This document shows positions 1 through 8,298 of a stretch of 9,000 nucleotides of DNA, one piece after another. The stretch comes from Takakia lepidozioides (lineage: Eukaryota > Plantae > Bryophyta): NCBI GenBank assembly GCA_030704615.1, contig JAKLZA010000293.1, forward strand, positions 1-9,000, written 5' to 3'. The position numbers and the translations under genes were made by a program. The notes beneath the pieces were generated by a model. The model was not told where the DNA came from. It saw only the letters and a program-made list of their open reading frames with translations, and did no database searches. The number at the start of each line of letters is the position of its first letter. Within the stretch, counting starts at the first letter, position 1.

Positions 1-916
1 TTTTTGCACAGACTGAGACCAACAGGAGCCTTAGGGGTGACAGCAGCGCACTGTAGAGGGGGGTTACACAGCCCGTCACAGTCGTCACAGCCGACACAGC
101 CAACACAGCCCGTCACAGTCGTCACAGCCGACACAGCCGACACAGCCCGTCACAGTCGTCACAGCAGACACAGCCGACACAGCCCGGCACAGCCACACAG
201 CCAGTCACAGCCCGACACAGCCAAACACAGTCGCACAGCCAGTCACAGCCCGTCACAGTTTCACACAGCCAGTCACAGCTTGACACAGCTGTCACGATCA
301 TAGGGAACGAAGAGTAGGACAGGGAACGACTGTGGGGAACAACACCTGCGAAGGGAACATGTTAGTTCACAGACACGGATAGTGAGGGAAACGGTTAGAA
401 CCGCGGAGAGGAAGATAAAGGGAGAAACAGGGAATTGAGGGACATCATTCGGAGGAGGACTTCTTGGTGATAGAGGAGAGGGATCGGGCAGAGATGAAGA
501 ACGGAAGTGAAGATAGAGAGATGATGAGTAGATGCTTGATATATGCAAGGCTGTAATGATATTGTAGAGTAGATTAGAGACACAATGGCTTCGGCCTGAT
601 ACCTGATAAATCATAATCGGATACTTTTACGATACAATCACACTGTGTAGAGAGTCTGAGTGAAGCTGTGGAATGAATGGATGAGTTGATGGAATCCAAT
701 AGATTGATAAAGCAAACTGATACTTAATTATCAATGGTAAGATAGTTAACATGAATACCAAAAGGGAAACAAATAGGAAACACCCCCATGATACACTAGC
801 TGTAGGTCATGACTGATTGTTCTGCGCGGGCTGAGTACTTAGAGATTTCCAACTCTTCAATCTTGGAGTTTCCGCCTCGAATAGCGAAGGGATGGGTGAG
901 TAAAAGCCGCGCGACA
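1..916 (+). repeat. Probable 5' LTR (3' part only; start lies upstream of the window)
   Basis: Ends in ...GCCGCGCGACA (terminal CA at 915-916), followed after a TT spacer by a TGG-starting PBS. The second LTR is not in the window, so the boundary is inferred from PBS geometry only. Confidence 0.7.
67..292. repeat. CACAG-core minisatellite array 1 (about 24 units of 8-10 bp; 37-bp higher-order repeat in the first half)
   Basis: The unit series cacagcccgt/cacagtcgt/cacagccga/cacagcc(a/g)a is repeated about 3 times from 67, followed by more degenerate units, ending just before CACGATCATAG (293-303). Confidence 0.95.
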
Positions 917-1528
917 TTTGGCGACCATACTGGGGACCTGAGACATGAACAACCAGATGTGACAGGCATCTGGTGGGATCATGGTGGTTGGACCATTAAA
1001 GAATTTGAAGTGAATCAAATTCCCTGTGGAACGAAGGAAGAAAGATTGTCCAAACAATTCTTTCAAAGGTTCTTGGAATTGCCAGACGGTTGTAAAGAAA
1101 ATATTCTTAAACGAGTGCATGATGCTGATCCAGAATGGGGTCTGGAGAAAGGAGTGATAAAGATTTATCAGGTAGCCTGTAGAGGAAGAGCACGTTGGTT
1201 ACCAACATTGGTTTATGTGATAGCATTGCTATCCATTAAACGAGTAGAGTTTGAAGGCTGGGAAGAAAGAAAGGTGAATGTTTATACTCATATGCATGAA
1301 GAGCTTGTACTGGTAAAGAATTGGATTCCAAAGGATATTTTGTGGATCAAACTCACACCAAGAACAGCTTTTCAGACTTGTTTGCCATATGGTTATATGG
1401 TAACGGAGACTTCAAGTATAGCCAAGGGTGCATTGAAGCTTGAAAGAAACCCAGGCATATACGAGAGATATTACAGAAGAGAGTTTTGGTTATTGCCCAT
1501 TAAAAGAAATGAAAGACATGGGACATGA
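809..1528 (+). CDS. 5' extra ORF of unknown function (or an N-terminal Gag extension); true start uncertain
   Basis: 239 open codons, Trp/aromatic-rich and globular-looking. Its stop overlaps the gag ATG (ATGA 1525-1528). The first 36 codons lie in the inferred LTR. No family recognised. Confidence 0.55.
   Translation: MTDCSARAEYLEISNSSILEFPPRIAKGWVSKSRATFGDHTGDLRHEQPDVTGIWWDHGGWTIKEFEVNQIPCGTKEERLSKQFFQRFLELPDGCKENILKRVHDADPEWGLEKGVIKIYQVACRGRARWLPTLVYVIALLSIKRVEFEGWEERKVNVYTHMHEELVLVKNWIPKDILWIKLTPRTAFQTCLPYGYMVTETSSIAKGALKLERNPGIYERYYRREFWLLPIKRNERHGT
919..936 (+). promoter_or_regulatory. Primer binding site, tRNA-Arg-like
   Basis: TGGCGACCATACTGGGGA lies 2 nt after CA. It matches 15/18 positions of the tRNA-Arg(ACG)-type PBS TGGCGACTCCACTGGGGA that I recall from Ogre elements (from memory, not searched). 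Confidence 0.8.
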
Positions 1529-3800
1529 GTGATGAAAGAGAAGCTAGACGACAGAGATATTCAGCAAAAAGAGAAAGCTATCTGAAAGCTAATTATCCAT
1601 ATCTTTGGGAGAGAGGAATAGACATAGGGGAATCATCTGGACCTCTCACACCATCAAGATCAAAGAGTGCATCACCTATACCGGAAGAACTAGAGTTGGA
1701 TGCCACTCCTTCTGTTTCTTTGCAAGAAAGATTAAGGGAATTGGTACAGGAAGAAGATCAATCACGAGGTGAAAGATCTGAGGTACATCCTTGGATAAAA
1801 GACTTGACAGAAATCTTTGATAAGAGTTGGCATGGAACACCAAAAGCAGGAACTCCAGTTTCTGAAGCAGAAGGTGAAGAAGGAGAAGAGGATGTGGCAG
1901 AGCCAACGGAGAGTTCAGACTCTCCAACACCATTACAGTTGAGTTACATGAGTGAAGAAGAAACCCAAGGGCAGAACTTGGAGGATGAAAACAGAGAGAA
2001 GAAATTAGAAGAGGAAGAATATGAAGAAGTAGACCCAACAGCTGAGGTTGAGACTACAACCAGGACATCCCAACCCGTTGGACCTGGATCAAGTGGAGCA
2101 CTTGGATCACAGGCCAACGAAGGTGTCGGCTCAGGGGGATCAGGCGGGCTGCCTGGATCTGGCTCTGGGGGGACAGGGAGTGTGGGAAGTAGTGCAACTG
2201 AAGCTGGGAATACTGTGAATATCGTGGGGCCAGAAGCAAGGAGTGCTCAAGGGCCACCACTTGGTGGAAGATCCACCACAAAAACAACAGGTCCAGAAGG
2301 ACCAGCACCAGCAAGGGTGCCAGCACCTGTCAGTGGGCAGAAGGTAGGGCCACAGATGGCGTTACAACCAACACGGGCAAAACCACCCTTTCCAATATAT
2401 TCAGGAAAAGGGGATCCCGATGTACACATTAGCCAATTTGAGCACATGTGTATAGTGAACAATGAGAATGGCGATGATGCCAAGATGAGACTGTTTCCTT
2501 GTTCACTTATCAAGAAAGCAAGTGAATGGTATGCAAGATTCCCTGATAATCATTTCCTAACCTGGAATGGCTTGAATACAGCATTTCGAAATAGGTTCAG
2601 GACAAGTAAAACTGAGGATGAAGTGTATGGAAGTTTACAACAGCTGAAGCAGAAGAAGCATGAAACTGTTGAAGAGTATATGGAGAAGATGGAATTGATG
2701 ATGAAAAAGCTGGCTGCAGTACCAGCGCCCGGTTTACAGAAGACTTGGTTTGTGAGTGGATTAAGACCAGAGTTGCAAAAGAAAGTGGATATGTTACCCC
2801 ATAATACAGTGGAGGAGGCATTTGAAACTGCGAACAGAATTGAGCAATTGGGAATGCTCAGGAGAGAGAAAAAAAAGATGAGGACTCTGAGGATGAGTCA
2901 GATGAAGAAGAAGAGCAAGAACTAAAAAGAAAGAGTAAGAGAAAGGAGAAGTTGAAGAGGGATAACTATGAAAAAAATTGGAAGAAATCTTGAAGAAGTA
3001 TGCCACAGAGGCTGCAACACATTGGAGGAAGGGTGTATGGTGTGCAAAGTGCCAGAATGAAGGCCATACCACCACAGAATGCCACATGAAGGAGAAACAC
3101 TGTACTATCTGTAAAATGGATAACCATTCTACTGAGAATTGTTACTACAACAGAAGGACAGCTGCAAGAGAACCTAGGCAAGTAAGGGTGCATCAGGTGC
3201 AGCCCCAGCCAAGAAGAAACAATGATCAGGACCACTATGGTAGGTCTGGTGGTTATAACAATGGCATGGAAGGGAGAGGTAATTCAAGAGGGAATTACCA
3301 AGGAAATTCCAGAGGCAACTATCAGGGTAATCCAAGGGGGAATTACCAGCCCGGGAATCAGGATTATAGAAATAATCCAAGAACAGACCAAGGGCGAGGA
3401 CCCAATGGTGAAGAGCTATGTTACTATTGTAATCAGCCAGGACATCGCAAGGCAGCCTGTTCATTCTGGATAAGACACCAGAATGAGATGAGAGCTCCTG
3501 TGAATGAGGGCCCAGTGGTGGCAGCTCACATGGTTAGGCCATGTGTTGTACCAGAAGTAAGTACAATGATAGTAACAAGAAGTAAAGCCAAACTAATACC
3601 TCCAGTAGAAGAGGAAGAAGATGAGACTGGAAGTGGCAATGATATGCCTGAAGATGAAGAGACTTGGAAAGATGAGAAGGAACTGCACAAGGAAGTGGCA
3701 GATACTATAAGGGAAATGCAAAAGAGTACTGATATTCCTGTGGCAGATTCCTCTGATTCGGATGGAGAAAAAGAAGGGAGTGAGGAAGAAAGGAAAAAGA
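1525..3800 (+). CDS. gag: Gag polyprotein (frameshifted at A8 2869-2876 and A7 2971-2977)
   Basis: Retrotransposon capsid-type segment FPIYSGKGDPDVHISQF...LFPCSL...ASEWY...TWNGLNTAFRNRF...LKQKKHETVEEY...FVSGLRPEL (~2390-2850). Adding one A to each run gives a continuous frame ...EKKKDEDSEDESDEEEEQELKRK...YEKKLEEILKK... into the zinc-knuckle ORF 2978-3844. Confidence 0.9.
3041..3460 (+). other. Three CCHC zinc knuckles of the nucleocapsid (3041-3082, 3101-3142, 3419-3460)
   Basis: CAKCQNEGHTTTEC, CTICKMDNHSTENC and CYYCNQPGHRKAAC all fit CX2CX4HX4C. Confidence 0.92.
3278..3349 (+). repeat. Coding tandem repeat, 3 x 24 nt (GNSRGNYQ GNSRGNYQ GNPRGNYQ)
   Basis: ggtaattcaagagggaattaccaa / ggaaattccagaggcaactatcag / ggtaatccaagggggaattaccag. 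Confidence 0.9.
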
Positions 3801-3810
3801 AGATGCAGAC

Positions 3811-4785
3811 ATGCAAAGTAATGAAGAGACTTTGGCTGCAGTAATATGTCAGACCAAAGCAGAAATTACCATTGGACAGCTATTAGCTGTGGCACCTTAT
3901 TGTAGGCACAGGCTGTATCAAGCAATCAATCGAATTGCCCAAGAGACAGGAAACACAGACCTGAACAGCAAGGTGACCAGTTATAATGTGAAGCCGGAAG
4001 GGCGAGAAACAGTCATGGACTTTGATGATTCTATGCCAGTAATCCAATTGAGAATTGGAAGCACAGAACTAACTGATGTACTGATAGATGGTGGTTCTGG
4101 AGTAAATATCATGACAGACCAATTAAGGAAGAAGCTTGGTCTAAGTAACATGAAACCAGCCCCATTTACAGTAACAATGGCAGATCAAAGAAGTGTACAG
4201 CCATTGGGATTAATAAGAGGAGTTAAGATACAGATACAGAAAATGATCTTTATGATCACAGTAACTGTATTAAAAATGGATGAAGTCATGGAGGCTTACT
4301 CCTTATTATTGGGACGTCCGTGGCTGAAACAGGCCAGGGTATTCCATGACTGGAATTCTCAGTTACTAACCGTGCATAATGGGATACACGAGATACAAAT
4401 TACCACAAAGAAATCTAGTAGATTACCTGCTACAAGAAGACCTCGAGGAGTCAGAGAGTATGACTGGAGAGGAGGACTGGATGAGGAGCAGGAAGCTACC
4501 CTATTTGCTGCACACCCAGAGTGGGAGCAGGTTGCAGAGATGCGGCTGGAAAGCCTAAGTTGTTTGAGAGGTATCTGCTGTGGTGTAGTGACAGCAACAC
4601 CAACTGAAGAGGAAACCAGCATTTACCCATCACATTTCTATGAAGAAAGAGAAGGAGAAATAGAAATCCTAGAAGAACCAGCCACTGTGAGCTTACAGGA
4701 TGAAGTGGTGACTGGTTGGACAATCACAGCTGATGAGCAGGTGAGAGAAGTAAATGTGGGAACTAAAAGGAACCGAGGATGGTGA
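3811..4785 (+). CDS. pol: Pol: retropepsin-like aspartic protease plus PR-RT spacer
   Basis: VLIDGGSGVNIM (catalytic Asp codon at 4087), MADQR, LLLGRPWL. Preceded by ITIGQLLAVAP, a motif typical of the region before the protease. Confidence 0.92.
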   Translation: MQSNEETLAAVICQTKAEITIGQLLAVAPYCRHRLYQAINRIAQETGNTDLNSKVTSYNVKPEGRETVMDFDDSMPVIQLRIGSTELTDVLIDGGSGVNIMTDQLRKKLGLSNMKPAPFTVTMADQRSVQPLGLIRGVKIQIQKMIFMITVTVLKMDEVMEAYSLLLGRPWLKQARVFHDWNSQLLTVHNGIHEIQITTKKSSRLPATRRPRGVREYDWRGGLDEEQEATLFAAHPEWEQVAEMRLESLSCLRGICCGVVTATPTEEETSIYPSHFYEEREGEIEILEEPATVSLQDEVVTGWTITADEQVREVNVGTKRNRGW

Positions 4786-5630
4786 AAGTAGGAGCTGATT
4801 TGGAGCCGGAATTCTTCGAAGAAGCTAAAAGCTTGTTCATCAAATACAGAGATGTATTTGCTTGGAGCTATGAGGATCTAAAAGGGATACCACCTGAAGT
4901 CTGTCAGCATAAGATTGAACTGGAACCAGGGTCAGTACCAATCAAGCAGGCGAGGTATAGAATGAATCCCAACTACGCACAGAAGGTTGGAGAAGAGATA
5001 AAGAAGTTGGCTGAGGCTAAGTTTATATACCCAATAGAGTATACAACTTGGTTGTCACCCATTGTTATAGTTCCCAAGAAGAATGGCAAACTAAGAGTAT
5101 GTGTGAACTATAAGAAGCTGAATGCTTGTACGAAGAAAGATCCTTTCCCTTGCCATTCACAGAAGCAGTATTAGACACTGTGGCAGGCCATGAGATGTAC
5201 TCATTCATGGATGGCTTCAGTGGTTATAATCAAGTGCAAGTGGCAGAAGAAGACCAAGGGAAAACAGCTTTCATCACAGACTGGGGGGCTTATGCATACA
5301 AAGTCATGCCCTTTGGACTTTGTAATGCACCAGCGACCTTTCAGAGAGTGATAAGTGAATCTTTTCATGAGTATCTGGATGATTTCATGCAGGTATTCTT
5401 GGATGATTTCAGTGTGTACAGCTCTAAGAGTGAGCACTTGCATAAATTGGAGTTATGTTTGGCCAGATGCAGGATGAGAGGTCTGGGCCTGAATCCAGAG
5501 AAGTGTACTTTCTGTGTGAACTCAGGGGTGCTTCTGGGACACATTGTGTGTAAGAAGGGACTCCTTGTGGATCCCAGAAAGACAGAGTCCATTAAAGCCT
5601 CTCCACCACCAGTGAATGTTAAAAGTCTAC
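4779..5630 (+). CDS. pol: Pol: reverse transcriptase (frameshift near 5146-5151)
   Basis: WLSPIVIVPKKNGKLRVCV, KDPF/PLPF, FMDGFSGYNQ (Asp at 5210), KTAFIT, MPFGLCNAPATFQR, catalytic FLDD (5396-5407), LNPEKC, LLGHIV. Confidence 0.96.
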
Positions 5631-6185
5631 GAGATTCCTTGGGCAAACCAGTTATTACAGGAGATTTGTCAAAAGGTATGCACAAATAGCAGCACCATTG
5701 AGCAAACTACTGAAGAAAGATGCAGTGTTTGCCTGGACAGCTGAATGTCAACAGGCATTTGAGGAACTTACACTGTCAGTAACAACTACACCTGTGCTGA
5801 TTAACCCTCACTGGCATGTAGTATTCCATGTTCACTGCGATGCATCAGGAGAAGCGTTGGGAGCGGTGTTAGCCCAGAATGTTACAGGGAATATAGATTC
5901 ACCTGTGTACTATGCTAGCCGGTTGATGAACAGTGCTGAGAGGAACTATAGCACAACGGAAAGAGAAGCATTGGCAATGATCTATGCAGTGAAGAAATTC
6001 AGGCATTACCTGTTGGGCAAGAAGTTTATGTTCTATGTGGATCACCAGGCTCTGATATACCTGGTAAACAAACCTTGATAAGCAGAAGATAGCAAGATGG
6101 TTGATAATCTTGCACGAGTTTGAGTTCGAGGTTGTTTACAAGCCTGGGAGACTGCATCTTGTGGCGGATCATTTGTCACGATTGT
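5631..6185 (+). CDS. pol: Pol: RT connection and RNase H (frameshifts near 5630 and 6075-6085)
   Basis: [13 protein letters not shown] after re-framing, FHVHCDAS (Asp at 5839), [53 protein letters not shown]. Confidence 0.94.
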
Positions 6186-6249
6186 CAACAGGAGAACCAG
6201 CCACAGGAATAGATGATCAATTACCAGATGCGAGTCTCTTTGCAGTGGA

Positions 6250-7391
6250 GGTGCAGGGAAGTGCAGATGACTGGTTAGATTGGCAGTGGCCAATCAGATA
6301 CTACCTTGCTCATGGTCAGTGCCCACCTAGTTATGGTAAGGAGCAGAGGAAGAGAATCGCTATCAAAGCTTTACCTTATACTATGGTAGGAAGCAGAATG
6401 TATAAGTTAGGACCTGATGGAGTACTAAAACGATGCTTGTACCACCATGAAGTAAATAAAGTTTTGGCGGAAGTTCATAAAGGAGTGGCTGGAGGTCATT
6501 TTGGAGAAGAGACTACCAGTAGAAAGATACTACTCGCAGGATACTGGTGGCCTACTTTGTTCAAAGATGTACACGAGTATTGTCAGAAGTGTGATGAATG
6601 TCAGAGGCTAGGACCTTTGCAGAGATCTGGAAGGATGGCCTTGCATCCTACAATGCCTACGGAACCATTTCAGAAATGGGGACTAGACTTTGTTGGACCA
6701 ATTAACCCACCATCCAAGAATACACGAAACAGGTACATAATTACAGCCACTGATTATACTACAAAGTGGTGGAAGCTAAAGCTTTGAGGGACAACACAGC
6801 CAAGTCCACAGCAAGGTTCCTGTACGAGAACATACTTACACGATTTGGCTGTCCCTTAGAATTTATCAGTGATCAAGGAAGTCACTTCATGAATGAGACC
6901 ATTGAGTTGTTGACTAAAGAGTTTATGATTGTGCATAGAAAGAGTACAACATATTACCCACAGGGTAATGGGCAGGCAGAGGCTACCAACAAAATACTAA
7001 TTCCTGTTACCTACCATGGAACGAGAGTGAGGGGGAAAGAGGAAAAAGAGAATGGATGAGAGAATGGAATTGCAAGACTCCATCAAGGTCAGGAAACATG
7101 AATTATACATGTGGAAGAAAAAGAAGTACGTGCTGATGCAGCTGATAATATGACCAGACTTCAGATGAATGAAGCGAAAGGAACAGTTTGGTTGAAGGCA
7201 AGTTAAAGACTTTTAAGACGGGGGATTTTGGTTTTCTTGGTTGCAGAAGAAAGGAAAGATTCAAGCTTCTAAGCTTAAATCACCGTGGAAAGGACCTTAT
7301 GTCATACAAAAGATGTATGATAACAACACCGCCATGTACAAAACCATTAACACAACAAGAAATGCTGGGAAGAGTCAATGCAAATAAGTTA
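6250..7391 (+). CDS. pol: Pol: integrase (HHCC, D,D-35-E, C-terminal GPY); frameshift at 6767-6769, deleted or degraded after ~7000
   Basis: [12 protein letters not shown]...CQKCDEC; GLDFVGP (D at 6686), SDQGSHF (D at 6871), GQAEATN (E at 6979, 35 residues between D and E); FKTGD; [10 protein letters not shown] (7271-7300); RVNANKL (7371-7391). The last motifs lie in changing frames. Confidence 0.92.
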
Positions 7392-7546
7392 GGGGTTACA
7401 GTGGTATCCATGACAAACCCTTGCAACATGATTTGCATGTTGAACCGCAAGAGCAGTCACGGGCTGCACCAGTGTTACGAAAGGAGTATGGAACACTTGT
7501 CGCTAGGCCCAGCATAGATATGACCAGGGTGGGCAAAACAAAGTGA

Positions 7547-7816
7547 CACATCCTATCACAGCCCATCAAGGCAAAGCACAGCCTATCACAGCCCATCACG
7601 ACGTGAACAGCCTATCACAGTCAGCACGGAGCAACCACAGCCTATCACAGCCCATCACGACGTGACACAGCCTTATCACAGCCCAGCACGGCGCAACACA
7701 GCCTATCACAAAACCTACACAGCGTGTCACAGCATATCACCGCTTACCACAGTGCATCACAACCTATCACAGCGTAACACAGTATGAACAGCCTGTCACA
7801 GCTCAACACAGCCTAC
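7547..7816. repeat. CACAG-core minisatellite array 2 (about 27 units of ~10 bp; 30-bp higher-order repeat)
   Basis: Trimers of the type cacagcctat/cacagcccat/cacgacgtga repeat about 5 times, then degenerate 10-mers follow. CACGATCCATAG lies at 7826-7837. Confidence 0.93.
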
Positions 7817-8298
7817 TTAAAGTTACACGATCCATAGAATCAGTGACAAGTGGACGCATAATAACTTCAGGAGGAAAATGGCTGACGGAAGAGAGGAAAC
7901 GGAAATTACTTTAAAAATAGACACGTGGAGGTCAGGGCGCGACACAAGCAGAGGAGAAGGAAGTGTAAGAACAGGTGTCAAAAAGAAAGAGGACAAGAAC
8001 GGCCGTCAAAAGGGATGAAAGGCGGGGGCCCATTAATGAGTACGGAAAAAGGGAAACGGAACAGACGACAAGTACAGAAAAGCGGAATTCTTGTCACATG
8101 TGTGATCCTAGTGGACTATCCAACAGTGAAAGTCCACTAAAGAAGATAAAATCAAAAATCCAGTCATAGCGGATACAGCCAATAGAAAACCAGAGAAAGG
8201 AACAAGAAAAGGGAGGGAAATATAGCGCAAGAGGCGGCGTCGTTCTGAGTAACGGGCGTCTCGACAGGACAGACCATCAATGCTATACCTTGGAAACT

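Noticed and set aside
31-43. Telomere repeat or telo-box
   Set aside because: A single imperfect TTAGGGG copy, not tandem and not the exact AAACCCTA motif.
52-68. AGAGGGGGGTTACA as a polypurine tract or LTR end
   Set aside because: It is not followed by TG (LTR start) or by a TGG PBS; a better LTR-end/PBS junction exists at 916-936.
4-303. 99-aa Ser/His/Gln/Thr-rich ORF
   Set aside because: It is the translation of the CACAG array inside the inferred LTR and has a non-ATG start.
273-614. Minus-strand ORFs and a possible antisense TATA/Y-patch promoter in the LTR
   Set aside because: Explained by the general plus-strand purine bias; the peptides are low-complexity Ser/Leu/Pro and the TATA match is weak.
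5106-5108. Asn in VCVNY where Asp is usual
   Set aside because: A single G>A change that is not in the catalytic triad; a mutation cannot be told from an error.
5372-5410. Apparent duplicated RT active site (YLDDF...FLDDF)
   Set aside because: Spacing from MPFGL..APATFQR identifies the second (FLDD) as catalytic; the first falls in a normally variable position.
857-6293. Numerous short minus-strand and alternate-frame ORFs over the coding region
   Set aside because: Shadow ORFs of purine-rich coding sequence with no recognisable motifs.
7188-7517. 109-aa ORF as a separate gene
   Set aside because: It is a mosaic of frameshifted integrase C-terminus (FKTGD, RVNANKL) and read-through into non-coding sequence.
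67-7816. The two arrays as paired LTRs or as CRISPR arrays
   Set aside because: Flanks and higher-order units do not align as long direct repeats. There are no unique spacers or cas genes, and the context is a eukaryotic retroelement.
7547-7816. CACAG units as tandem splice acceptors
   Set aside because: They match YAG but lack U-rich or polypyrimidine tracts, and the same motif occurs in the LTR where acceptors would make little sense.
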